A stretch of DNA of 64,000 nucleotides from Aplysia californica (lineage: Eukaryota). The notes beneath the pieces are model-generated. The model was not told the DNA's origin. It made no database searches and saw nothing but the letters and a program-made list of their open reading frames with translations. The first letter of the stretch is position 1; each line of letters starts with the position of its first letter. Position numbers and translations under genes: made by a program. Shown one piece after another: positions 14,100 through 26,285 of the stretch. The DNA lies in NCBI RefSeq assembly GCF_000002075.1, contig NW_004797458.1, positions 535,065 through 599,064 of the forward strand, in the 5' to 3' direction.

Positions 14100-14941
14100 C
14101 TGGAAAATACGAGTTGAGACCTGCATAAATAAACAAGCAAATCTAGATATAACAGAAAAAGGAACACTTGAAATCAGCTCTCTCTCTCTCTCTCTCTCTC
14201 CACACACACACACACCTCCCAACATTTTCATCACTAACAGAGAAGACCATGCACAGATCATTCTTCGTTCCTATCAATTCAAACGACTCAAATCATCAGA
14301 ACCTCAAAATAAATCCAACTTGCGACAGAGTGACTTATAAAGAAGCATTAGAATAGAAAACAAAACAAAACGAGTGTCAAACTGTGAAAGACCCAGTTTT
14401 AATGCTAACCACTGGGATTTGAATACTTCAGATGGTGTGTCTGAAATTTGTTTGAGAAGTTTCAAGACCCTTAGTGTTGGCTAGCAAAAAAGAAGGACAT
14501 CAATTAAAAAACAACTTTACACTTCTCAAAGGAGAATAAAAGCAGAAGCTAATTCAAAGAGGTTTAGATATCATACTGGAGCTTGAGGCAGTGACTTCAC
14601 CCTCGTAAATGAATGGGGGCTGCGAGTGCCCACTCTGGGATGCTGAGCTTGAGGGAAAGAACAACAAACAGGGGAGTACTTTTTGAGACTCGTATGGAGA
14701 TATCTTGAGGGTCTTGGAAAGAAACCTAAAAGCTTGCACTAGAACGTGGGAGGCAGGGAAGTGTTTAATGCACTACAGCACGTGGAAGGTGGGTTGGGGG
14801 CTCAGAGTGTTCATGTGAATAGAGACACATCGGCCATGCCATTCAACGCAAGAAGGCGCCTGTGTCTAACACATGTGACGACGTCACTGCCACGAGCTCT
14901 CGTACTACAACTCTTTGAGCTAACCACATTTAACCATTCAC

Positions 14942-15046
14942 CTTTGCCCTTCCCAGAAAATCATGCTTGACAAGATTGTCCACCATGTTCTTCGGAGGGT
15001 AGAAGAGGCAGTCCTCAATCGGCACGGTCTCCAAAATTGCTGGAGC
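14942..15046 (-). CDS. NCF2: p67phox-like coding exon 5 (APAILETVPIEDCLFYPPKNMVDNLVKHDFLGRAK), start of activation domain
   Basis: Matches p67phox [29 protein letters not shown] acceptor, AAG/GTGAAT donor. Confidence 0.9.
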
Positions 15047-15322
15047 CTGGAGGGGAGAGAGATAAACACAGAGAGGTGAGACGAAGAACTCTTTACAGTA
15101 CACTTGGCTTTTACTGAGTCAAAGTTCACAGTGAGTCAGCACAATAGTGAAACAAAATGTGAGGCAGCATGGTGAAATCAGGCACTCGTCAAAATAATGA
15201 AAGTGAAGAAACTGGCATTTTTTCGCAGGTTTGGGAATTTTAATCAAATTTTTGTATTTTGGCTCAACACCTTTCATGTCCATTAAAAAACACATTTGCT
15301 TTTATTTTAAAATGTTGATTAA

Positions 15323-16582
15323 CACTTTCCCTACCACGTGCGACTCACGGACCTGGCTTCGCTGGACCGAGAGCCGCAAAATACAGCTCGAGTGGCTTGC
15401 TATCTATTCCAATCCAGTAATGAAAAGACACGAAATTCTCGGCCGATCCACTTTTACAAAATAATAGAATAGACTTCCTGTTAGCAGATACAAAAGAAAA
15501 TACTGCACTGACAGACGATTTTTAGTCATTTCAGCGCTTTTTTTGTCCCCTTCGAAATGTAAATATGAGAAAAAAAAGCGCTCCCCTGACTTCAGTATAT
15601 GTCTTATATTTTCACTTCTATATTAGGTGTACGCATAACTAACATTCAGCATTTCTTTGCATTACTTGAGGCAACCTACCTGGGAAGTTTGAAAGAAGCT
15701 GTTGTTTTACTTTTTTAGATATGACCTTTCAAAGCTGGAAAATGATAGATTTCAGATGCTACGTGCAAACTAGACTGAATCCCTTTTTTTCATGAGAAGA
15801 TAACTGTTGGATTAAAAAAAATAATATTTGAATGTAAGAAAAGAAAAGCAAAAAGAAAAGACTAGATTCTAGGCATTTTTTTTTTCTTTGCAGAAATCAG
15901 GAGCAAAAAGACAAACAGTAAGAGTGCACTATATAAGATACTTGTACAAAACAAACAGCAATAACTAATACACCCAGACCTTTCATCTTACAGAAAAAAT
16001 AGTTCCACAAATCTCTGATGTTTAGGTAAAGGGGCTTTCTGACATTTAGAATCTTTCCAGAACTCACAAAAAATGCATCCAGAAAAGCTCAGAAGGCTTA
16101 TGCTGGTGGGGATATTTTTTAAAATAAAAAACAAGGCAAATGGACAGGCTTTAAGTTTAAGATGAAACCTGTAACTCCACATGCACAAAAATTGACGGGC
16201 GCCTGCTTCCACCATGACGCGTCACAAATATTGCCATCAGTACCAATGGCAACTTCAAAACCATTGTGTAATGACAGCAGAAGTTTACTTTTAAAATGTT
16301 TATCTCCAAGAGGGGTAAACCCACTATGTCAGGGCCCTTTTTGGTACTAAATCTACAAATGACAAAAACGCCACTAAATTGGTCATTAAATCACAACAAG
16401 TGAACCTATTTAAATAGGTCTTCATGTAATGAATGAAATCCAGGTAAAAGAGACCTGACTGCCAAAAAATAATTTGATGTTGAAGTCGTTGTAAAGGAAT
16501 ATGCGCGAGCTGCTGTCAGCGGCTCACCAGTACAGCGGTTCTGACTGCGAGCAGCTGAGAGCGGCTTGCCGGAGATAAAGAG
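15323..16582. mobile_element. Possible piggyBac-like non-autonomous element
   Basis: TTAA at both ends, weak TIR (CACTTT/AAAGAG), GC-rich subtermini. Confidence 0.4.
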
Positions 16583-17242
16583 TTAAGGAACTGACACATT
16601 TTGATACGATCTTTCAGCGTGCTATATCAATGATGTTTATGCTCCGTGTGCCATAAAGAAAAGGGTCAACTCTTTCCTGTTCTACTACTGTAATCAAAAT
16701 CAATCAGCCGGCCCTAAAAAATCTTGAGCCAGCACACACAATAAATAGTTAAAAAGTGCTGAAGGCTATCTTTTGTGTCTTCTCTCATCATCTATATCAA
16801 AAGGGTTTTTTCGTGCCCTGAAAGTTTTTAAAAACCAGTTACACTGTTAGAGCATAATAAGATCAATATAACAAATTATAAAGGAAACAACAATCAATAT
16901 AAAGACATTATTGTTGGTTGCTGCAGAGCACCCCCCCTTCTATGTTGAGCTTGAGTAACGGCATCTTGCTCAAAGATAAAAAAGGACGCCCAGGACAGGC
17001 TTTGCTGGAGAAAGTTGTTGGTGGCCTATACTCCAGTGGGAGTTAAAAAGGGCAAGAGAGAGAGAGCTCAAAGATTAAACTCCAAGATCATCTATTTTTC
17101 ATTTGAAAGCTATATCACTGTTATTGCTTGAGTGTCATTACAAGGTTCCCTTCTCCCCTGTATTAAATACTGTCATCACCATCCCCTCCACCAACCACAT
17201 CAACAACAGTTCTACATAACATACTACTTCACATGATCTCAC

Positions 17243-17287
17243 CTGACAAGAGAAAGACCTTCGAACCGCTGCTACACAGTCATCTAT
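17243..17287 (-). CDS. NCF2: p67phox-like coding exon 4 (IDDCVAAVRRSFSCQ)
   Basis: Strong polypyrimidine tract plus CAG, CAG/GTGAGA donor, phase 0-0. Weak similarity to KIDKAMECVW. Confidence 0.65.
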
Positions 17288-17475
17288 CTGAAGAAAAAAA
17301 AAATAGAAAAAACAAAACAATGACAGTCTCGTACGCACACAAAAACAGGCATTTAACAAATAGATTTGCAGGTTCCAATTTTTTCTTGCAAATGAACATG
17401 AATATATTTTTACAGTTAAAAATCGTACATAGTGAAATTTGTACATACATAAAGATTTCAGCATCTCCCTTACTT

Positions 17476-17828
17476 TGCTACGTGCAAGCTAGACTGAATC
17501 ACTTTTTTTCATGAGAAGATGACTATGTTGGATTTAAAAAAAAAAAAAAATTTGAATGTAAGACAAGAAAAGCAAAAAGAAAAGACAAGCCATCTTTTTT
17601 TTCTTTGCAGAAATCAGGAGTAAAAAAACAAACACTATGAGTGCACTATATCAGAAACTTACACAAAACAAACAGCAATAACTAATACACAAAGACCTTT
17701 CATCTTACAGAAAAAATAGTTCCACAAATCTCCGATGTTTACGTTAAGGGGCTTCCGGACATGTAGAATCTTTCCAGAACTCACTAAAAATGCATCTAGA
17801 AAAGCTCAGACGGCTTATGTTGGTGGGG
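17476..17828 (+). repeat. ~350-bp direct repeat of 15757-16110
   Basis: Colinear, high-identity match from TGCTACGTGCAA to GGCTTATG.TGGTGGGG. Confidence 0.9.
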
Positions 17829-17931
17829 AATCACTGAGATAGATCTGGCAAGAGTCCACTACAAGAATTCATGGGTCTACAAGTGGCTTTCCAAAATCTA
17901 CGTATGTAGTAATACTATCAGAAATCTAGTA

Positions 17932-18404
17932 CAGTAGTCTCCGCCTAAGATCCCGCCACTTACGATCCCGGTTCGCTTAAGATCCCGTTGTTTTAGGAAA
18001 ACATAATTTTTACTATACAAAAGTTACCCTTAAGATCCCGCTCTGATGGTCTACATTCGGCTAAGATCCCGCATTTCAGATCATAATTTGCTAAACAAAA
18101 ACCCGGGCGGGCACAGCCGATCAACCAAGAGTAAAAAGTTGAGATCAATAAACTGTCCGTCGCGTCAAAGATCAACCACTATCGTGAATGTGATCACATA
18201 CACGTTGTAAAACTCGATGAAGCGATACAATGTTTGCCCCAGACGGGATCACACCCAGATGTGAACTGACCGACGCGTTTGTTTTCCCCACGCATCGCAC
18301 TTACACCTGAGCTCGCCACCTAAACTTGCATCACTCGCTGGGTGGGTAGGGCCTACACCTATACGTTCTTACTGATCGTCTAGGCCTACACGTTCGCTCC
18401 AGGC
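17932..18404. mobile_element. Left end of a Tigger-like MITE running into the gap
   Basis: TA|CAGTAGTCTCCGCCTAAG, the same terminus as 59037-59979; repeated TAAGATCCCG subterminal motifs. Confidence 0.7.
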
Positions 18405-19253
18405 NNNNNNNNNNNNNNNNNNNNNNNNNNNNNNNNNNNNNNNNNNNNNNNNNNNNNNNNNNNNNNNNNNNNNNNNNNNNNNNNNNNNNNNNNNNNNNNN
18501 NNNNNNNNNNNNNNNNNNNNNNNNNNNNNNNNNNNNNNNNNNNNNNNNNNNNNNNNNNNNNNNNNNNNNNNNNNNNNNNNNNNNNNNNNNNNNNNNNNNN
18601 NNNNNNNNNNNNNNNNNNNNNNNNNNNNNNNNNNNNNNNNNNNNNNNNNNNNNNNNNNNNNNNNNNNNNNNNNNNNNNNNNNNNNNNNNNNNNNNNNNNN
18701 NNNNNNNNNNNNNNNNNNNNNNNNNNNNNNNNNNNNNNNNNNNNNNNNNNNNNNNNNNNNNNNNNNNNNNNNNNNNNNNNNNNNNNNNNNNNNNNNNNNN
18801 NNNNNNNNNNNNNNNNNNNNNNNNNNNNNNNNNNNNNNNNNNNNNNNNNNNNNNNNNNNNNNNNNNNNNNNNNNNNNNNNNNNNNNNNNNNNNNNNNNNN
18901 NNNNNNNNNNNNNNNNNNNNNNNNNNNNNNNNNNNNNNNNNNNNNNNNNNNNNNNNNNNNNNNNNNNNNNNNNNNNNNNNNNNNNNNNNNNNNNNNNNNN
19001 NNNNNNNNNNNNNNNNNNNNNNNNNNNNNNNNNNNNNNNNNNNNNNNNNNNNNNNNNNNNNNNNNNNNNNNNNNNNNNNNNNNNNNNNNNNNNNNNNNNN
19101 NNNNNNNNNNNNNNNNNNNNNNNNNNNNNNNNNNNNNNNNNNNNNNNNNNNNNNNNNNNNNNNNNNNNNNNNNNNNNNNNNNNNNNNNNNNNNNNNNNNN
19201 NNNNNNNNNNNNNNNNNNNNNNNNNNNNNNNNNNNNNNNNNNNNNNNNNNNNN
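18405..19253. other. Assembly gap (others at 21959-22128 and 40777-41047)
   Basis: N runs. Confidence 1.
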
Positions 19254-19968
19254 AATAAAAATATTATGAAGTCAGCCCCCAAAAAAGCCAGTACAGCATA
19301 CTTTCAAAATGCCATATAATATATAATACTGAAATCTATTATTTTACATTTTCCGTTTCAGAACTCACAAAGATATATCTGGAGCAAATTCAAGGAGATC
19401 TTTCAGACCTTGGAAGAGAAAACTACTCTAACTTACAGGTTGTATCTCAGGTCCAGAAAATTGTAGATCAATTGACTATAACAAGTCATGACATAACCAT
19501 CTATACGAGGAAGAATATGCTTGGAACACACGAGATCTACAGATTGCTACCTCGAAATTAAAAAGTTCTATTTGCTTGTTATCTAGTTTAGAGAATTTTG
19601 ACGTTGAAGATTTTGAGTTTCACAACAAGTCCAGCTTTTTCGAATGCAGTTCTAGATATATCTTGATAACGACTCCGACTAGTCTTACGATTTTGATAAA
19701 GCAGATAAAATATTTGGTATCTGACCTCATGGTCTTAGTAACACGAAATGGCCAAAAATGTCAGAAAGAACTTTGTCATTCTAAGGTAGCGAGATGTCTG
19801 GAAATAAGGGTGTGAAAGAACTTTAGTAATTAACCCTTGCAAGTACCAGTTTGAGTATTTCATTATTACCTGTACCGGTACTAAGAGTCGAGTCAAAAAC
19901 ACTGGACTTGCACATATCTATATATGGAAACAATAAGAAAACAATGAATGCGGTGACTTCCAACTTAC

Positions 19969-20074
19969 ATGCTCTACAGTCAAGAGAACACTTGCCCCAA
20001 GCTGTCGATAGTCGATGCCGTCTGCGGGCGTCATGGATTTGGCAGTGAGGAAATCCAGCTCTGCTCTGTCATGT
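19969..20074 (-). CDS. NCF2: p67phox-like coding exon 3 (HDRAELDFLTAKSMTPADGIDYRQLGASVLLTVEH)
   Basis: IDYRQLG matches p67phox IDYKILG. Phase 2->0 is consistent with its neighbours; TTTCAG acceptor, GTAAGT donor. Confidence 0.88.
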
Positions 20075-20880
20075 CTGAAAGGTCAAAGGTCGAGAGTTAC
20101 ATGGACATTCTAATGTCCTATATCCCTCTGAGAGGGAAGGCTCGTGAGAATACACTACAGATCCCTTGCTCTTCTTAATAAGGCTCAATGAAGACAAATT
20201 TGCACATAAGTCTTTTGAAGTGCAACAAGAAATTGAACCTGAAACCGTAAAATTTAAATCAAAAGGCTTAATTACTACCGTCAGGAGAAAATGGAAAGTG
20301 ATGTGCACTTTCAGACCTAGGATTTGAGACTTATATACAGATGTGCAAGAATATTCAGAGAAGCAGAATACAAACAACTAATTAAAAAAGTATAATAAAA
20401 AAATATATATAAAGATATAAATATCAAATCAAAAGGTACTCTCTCCATAACATTTTTAAAAATCAGCCTATATCAAGGGAGATACACAATGTTGACAAAT
20501 TTGGCTGAAATTTCCCATGAGTTATGCCCCTCATGTTATGCCAACATGCTTGCTGTGTTCATAGTTGTTTGAACAGCGTTTTGCAGACATTTAGGTTTTT
20601 GACACTGACTTTTTATCCACCTCTGCTGGGATCAGATGTCTACTTCAATCATGAAGCCTTTCCGTTTCTTTTACTCTACCATGGTTCTATTATAACTTCA
20701 CCTAGACCTAACTTTGCAGCATGCTGTATCTGTTGTGTAGTGTGTAATCTCTGCCGAAGAGGAAGTGCACTGGCTGCTGACATATGGCGATAATACTGGA
20801 TATGTGCTTTCACGCAACCTCAGACTCCCCACACACAACTGAAATGTGCAGGCTAAATCTATCACTGAATACTTCTTTGA

Positions 20881-21144
20881 CATATGAAGAGCACACAGGA
20901 AAAATGGCCATAGTCACAAACAGAAAACTGTGAGGGTGTCAATTTTAAAAGCCGGTGGACTCATAACTGCATTTAATTGTTTGATTGGTGGTTTATTGTT
21001 ATGTTTGTTGAATGGGAAATCTAACATTGATAATGAACCAACTGTTAAACAGAAATACAGTTATGAGTCCAAACGCATTCAAAATTGATACCCTCACTAT
21101 TTCCAGCTTGTGACTTCCCATTTTTTCCATTGACTCTTCATATG
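20881..21144. mobile_element. Fold-back MITE (about 100-bp imperfect arms)
   Basis: CATATGAAGAG...GTGAGGGTGTCAATTTT...GGACTCATAACTG is mirrored by CAGTTATGAGTCC...AAAATTGATACCCTCAC...CTCTTCATATG. Confidence 0.8.
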
Positions 21145-22605
21145 CAATTAACACATCCTTCGGCAACACTTTTGCCCTTGACTATACAAAGAGGTCTTTG
21201 GCTTTCACTCATTCTTTGCCCTCTCCCTCCCTCTCTTCCCACATAGCTAGATTAACTTCATTAAACTAAATTTGCGGTTGTGTTGAATTGCTGATGCCGA
21301 TATTTTTCCTCTACCGTGAAATGTTTGCTCTCTGTGTATATTTTGAATACAAAATTAATAAGAAAGAAAATGTAACCTGAATGAAAATCTGTTTGCTCTG
21401 TGCTTTATTTGCTATGCGCTTGTTTGCTATACTATAGTTTTAATTTTAATTGTGATAATACGCTGCCAATTAAAGTGAGGGGCAAAATGTGTGGACAACT
21501 TAGGTCATCATGTAGAAATAAAGAGATATACAATACCAATACAGTCAAGAACAGATGCAAACACGCAAAACTCCAGTTTACGGATAGCTCAAACAATGTG
21601 TCATTCCTAGACTGAATTTCTACATTTTCTTTGTTTAAGCAGCAAGATATTCTCAAACACCGCACATGTGAGTCAAACGGCTCATCCCAAAAAGCCGGAT
21701 AATTTTTTTCTCACAATTGTCCCGAGTTCAAATAATCCTGCGCGCACGATGGAAAACAGTCACACTCATCATCATGATGAGTACTATGAATAAGGTTACA
21801 TGAGTCCATTATGCTCATCCCTGCACAGCATGATAAACACACTGTATTACTATGCATAAGGTGCTGGTAGAACTTCCTTAAATCTAGTCATGTGAGGGTG
21901 GGTGGTGGGTGATACTGTGTGATCGAGGACAGTGTAGTGATGCATTGAGCCATACGTGNNNNNNNNNNNNNNNNNNNNNNNNNNNNNNNNNNNNNNNNNN
22001 NNNNNNNNNNNNNNNNNNNNNNNNNNNNNNNNNNNNNNNNNNNNNNNNNNNNNNNNNNNNNNNNNNNNNNNNNNNNNNNNNNNNNNNNNNNNNNNNNNNN
22101 NNNNNNNNNNNNNNNNNNNNNNNNNNNNGATAAGGAAGTGATTACACACAAAGGAAGGGTCACAAAGGAAGAGTGGCAGGTTCTGACCATTGTTGGTTAC
22201 ATCATCATTATCAGGATCTGACACAAGAGCAATTATTATTTATCGTTATAAAAGGCCCATTCACATCAGTCTCTTCTTTTCTTTGGCTTCAACATCGAAC
22301 AAGGCGCACAATCCATCCTTCTATCCGTATCAATACAAAAAAACGTACGAATTGCAAAATTCAAGATTTTAAATCCAGTAGCCTAACCTCATACAAGATA
22401 CTTTTCACAATGGCAGTGATATATTTCCCGATCGTTATACCGTCACCGTTACTTCTCTTGATTTTCTTCAATATCTCTCTTGTTTTTCGTTATCATGGTT
22501 TACTTAAATATGGATGTGTTGAACACATAACTGTCAACCTCAAATGTGTTTGAGATATCCATGCTCAACTGTTTATATATATATAAAATAACCATATAAA
22601 CAAAC

Positions 22606-22688
22606 CTCTGTAGCTGTAAGTAGGAAACAGCCCTTTGGTAATAAGCAGCAGCAAGATATTTGTCTTTGTCCACAGCCGTAGAAAATAA
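22606..22688 (-). CDS. NCF2: p67phox-like coding exon 2 (LFSTAVDKDKYLAAAYYQRAVSYLQLQR)
   Basis: Matches p67phox [26 protein letters not shown] acceptor, GT donor; 83 nt. Confidence 0.9.
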
Positions 22689-24024
22689 CTGAAAATACAG
22701 TACGAGAATATCTGTCCAACTGCATTTCAGTAGGCTTACTTTTGGAAAGTATGGCATGGGTTTAATGCCCTTTTATAAACATGATAAAGCTGTCTGAAAG
22801 GAAGGACTTCCCAATTCAAATTCCATCTTCAATTAGACTGAGCCAGTGGTTGGAGTTGGAGAGCCTTGAAAACTCCCTGACTAATTGCAGTTCAAGAATT
22901 CCCTCTGGAAAACTGAACAAAGCTCATCTGTACAGCAGAACAGCATAATGCTCACTGAGCTATCAGACTACCGTACCAAATTTAAAAAAGTGTCTGCAAC
23001 ATATGTGCAGCAAAAATGACTATGCATCCCTCTCCAACATTTACTTCTCCAGAGTCCCCTTTGATATTATCATTGACCCCTTTGATGTTATCATTTAAGC
23101 AAAAATAAATACTTTCATATGTTTGTACTCTGGCTACATCATAGAACCACGAACAGTCCAAACTATAATCACAATTTGGAATACGGGCCTTTGGAATAAC
23201 ACCCAGCACTTCCATATCAGAAAACAATTGTAATTTTAACAAACTGTAAAGACCTTGGAGTAATAACAATGAGTAGTAGAGACAAAATCAGTCCACAGCT
23301 TTCTTAAACCCTATGATTGTAAACACATTCTTCAACTACAGCTATTCTCAAGACTTCAATTAAACATTAACAGCGTAAAAAATTGAATCAATGAATCAGT
23401 TACAAATGTTTTGCTCTAGGCTATTTAAAGACTTAATGTCATACACATTTATATATTATGGCAAGGAAAGAAATGTTTTTTTGCTTTTAGAGACAACTCT
23501 GCTTGTGTTGAACTCGCTTGAGTTGATTTTCGGATAAGTTGATCTTTTACTTGGGTCCCAGTACCTCTTCTTCTTTACAGGTCCCAACGATTAAGTTGAA
23601 CTTCGGATGAGTTGATCTTTTTTTCCCCTCTCCCGATGACATCAACTCGTCCATAGTCGACTGTGGTTGTTTTATTTTTAAAACAACAACAACAAAACAC
23701 AGAACAACTGAACACATCAAAAACTATAAATCATGCCATTACAAACCCTCTCCTCTTATTGAGGAAAAAAGGTTCTAACTTCAGGTGCACCTAAAAACAA
23801 TGTGTCACATAAAAGATTCTCTTTTTTATAGTAAAAAGGAATACGCACTCCATACATAAACATCCTAAGCAGAAGTTCAAGGCAAAGGGAGTTGAACGGT
23901 AACTTTAGACAAACAATTCAAATATTTTGAAACTACAATTGAACCCCCCCTTTACTTGGTAAGACGCCAGTCTGTAGCGAGCTATCATACTCGCCCCCCC
24001 CCCCCCCCCCCCCCCCAAACTTAC

Positions 24025-24198
24025 TTTAATTGCCTCTTCATTCCGGCCTTCAGACAAGTGCAAACATCCGATATTGTGGAGTACTTTGGCAGACGCATTG
24101 TTGACCTCTAGGAGCTTGCGGATAGCAGCCGTTACTTGACCAGCCTGGAAGAGACACATGGCTGCATGCCACTTGCCGACAGTGTCTCTCAGCGCCAT
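24025..24198 (-). CDS. NCF2: p67phox/NOXA1-like NADPH oxidase activator, coding exon 1 (MALRDTVGKW...HNIGC...EEAIK, TPR1-2)
   Basis: Aligns without gaps to p67phox residues 1-58 (MSLVEAISLW...FNIGC...EAEK). ATG at 24198 with an in-frame stop upstream. Acceptor at 24290-24291, GTAAGT donor after 24025; 174 coding nt. Confidence 0.9.
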
Positions 24199-24220
24199 CA
24201 CAGCAAACAAGATGTTGCTT

Positions 24221-24268
24221 TCAGATGAATGGAAGTTTTGTGTCACTGCTGAGATACATTGTCATCAT
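24221..24268 (-). promoter_or_regulatory. uORF (MMTMYLSSDTKLPFI*) in the 5' UTR of the p67phox-like gene
   Basis: Three ATGs in a different frame within the same exon; stop 22 nt upstream of the main ATG. Confidence 0.5.
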
Positions 24269-25149
24269 TCTTGACCTGAGCCTCAAGACCTACAAAAAAA
24301 ATTAACAAGCAAATAAAAATAGTTCAAAATGAAATTGAATTATGTTAAACAGCTGCCAAATAAGGGGACCCCCCCCCCCCAAAACATTGCAAATCAATGG
24401 TTAAAAAGAAATTTCAATCTTAATATAATAATGTGTAACAGCAAACCATGAAATCATAGGAAAAAACGGTGGGGGGAATTCCCATAGATCTTTTTTTAAC
24501 TTGGGGAAAAAAGGGGCGGGGGGAAAGGGGGACACCTCCCTGACGAAGTGGGAAAAGAGAACGAGTCTTGGTCTTTCATCCAAGCCATTTTTTAGTGCAC
24601 GTTGCTGACCTTTTTCAAATGGCAATATCTCACAGACTATCAAATATTCTTAAATTAACGGTAATAGTCCATTTAATGCCTAAACAAATTTAGTATGAAA
24701 TATTGCGGCGATTGAAATTCAATTAGTATTTTTTTCCGACTTTACAAAAACAACTTAAAACCACTAGCGGTCACTCAGGCACAGCCAGAGGTAGACCGGG
24801 TCTGAACTGAGGGCTGAGTGAGTTAAAATGCACAAAATATTACTACGCAAGTATATGTATTAAAATGCATGAGATCTTGACGATAGTTCATATATATTTT
24901 AAAAAACATAGAATATCCAAAGAAAAACAGCTAGGCCTAATAATAATTTGAAACAGATTTATAAGTTGAAATTCGTATTAAACTGATAAAAATGAAAGAA
25001 AATTACTATTCTTTCTTAAATAATGAAAAATGGCCATCCCAGTGAAGAAGTTGAGCTCTTTGAGCTTTAGAAAACAGACTCTGCATACCTAAATTGCCCT
25101 TTTGAAAACTGGGATGTGACAGGTGTAGATCATCCTGCTATTTATATTT

Positions 25150-25700
25150 CGAAGTGGCTAGGCTAGCCTGCCAGTCTAGCCGTACATAGATCTAGGTTAG
25201 ACCTTTTTTTATTGACAGAAACCTGTTGAGCACACAGGTCTCATTATATCTAGTAATTATTCAGGTTTAATATGCATGTCAGTAAGGCACCTTTTGGTTT
25301 CGTCTGAAATACAAATATTTTAATTTAGTTATTGCAAACTAAAATTTTATTTACAAATCAACCATCACTATTAAGTACGGCTAGCCTGCCAGTCTAACCG
25401 TCCAAGTAAGCCTAGCCTAGCCGTCTAGCCGCACTTTAAGTACGGGAGCAGTCTAGCCATACTTTTAAGGCCCTATTAGAAACCTGAGAATACAGGTCTC
25501 ATAATAAAATTATTCAGGTTTAAAATTCATGCACTGTCAGTAAGGCACCTTTTGGTTTCGTCTTAAAAATACTTTAATGGGTATTGCAAACTAAAAATTA
25601 CAATTCAGTAGGCCTATTTTTTGCTGTTTGTCAGTCTAGATCTAGCCATCATTAATAAGTACGCTAGCAGTCTAGCCGTCATTAAGTATGGCTAGCCTCT
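25150..25700 (+). repeat. Second copy of the CTAG-rich complex repeat
   Basis: Same motifs and order as 35034-35790. Confidence 0.85.
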
Positions 25701-26093
25701 TCTTATATACTTTGCTACCAGGAATTCTCCGGCTGAGGTATTTCACATAGAAACTATAGGCTATTAAAATGATTAATATGATATTTGAATGGCTTTCCGC
25801 TGTCCAGGTCTCAGCGCCATACACCAAGGGTTTTACAGTGTTATTTAACTCATTGTGTTTTACTATCGTTTCCACACGACGTGGGGAACTCTGTGCCACC
25901 ACTTTCCAAAGAGGAAATTTACTCGTTAATCCGCTTTGCATAGTAGTCTATCATTACTTTAACTATCAAAACGATTTTTTGAGAAATACTGAAAGTTTCA
26001 AAGAGATCTTCCTACTAGAATATATAGATTCTAGAAGTATTCTAATCTAAAATGTGAAGAATACAACCTCGGGGGTACAATATGAGGAAGGAC

Positions 26094-26285
26094 TTCCGTA
26101 ACGAGTGACAACCCCAACAAATGCAAAGAGGCCTTCTAACACTAATCCTGACCCAGCCCCTACCCCAAACCTGACACAACCCCTAACCCGACCACTACCC
26201 CCACCCCAAACCGTACCCCTAACCCTCTATTTTCTACTCTGTTTCATAGTGTGGTCGCTCATTACGGAATTCCTCCCCAGGGCGT
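26094..26285. mobile_element. Small element with inverted repeats around a degenerate (CCCTAA)n core (HINE/Helentron-like MITE)
   Basis: TTCCGTAACGAGTGAC / GTCGCTCATTACGGAA inverted pair enclosing CCCTAA-like hexamers. Confidence 0.5.

Noticed and set aside
14554-14739. ORF ...GEVTASSSSMISKPL* as a candidate activation-domain exon
   Set aside because: Exon 14028-14099 (VISSVQEKD) fits VVASVVDQD better and has canonical splice sites.
18386-19282. Long ORFs spanning N runs, and His/Thr- or Val/Cys-rich ORFs
   Set aside because: Artefacts of gaps and (CA)n/(TG)n microsatellites.
20698-20800. Open stretch on the minus strand as a possible p67phox exon
   Set aside because: No TPR similarity in the frames read, and exons 22606 and 20074 already join in phase.
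26130-26226. Interstitial telomere remnant
   Set aside because: Highly degenerate and enclosed by inverted repeats; better explained as a MITE core.
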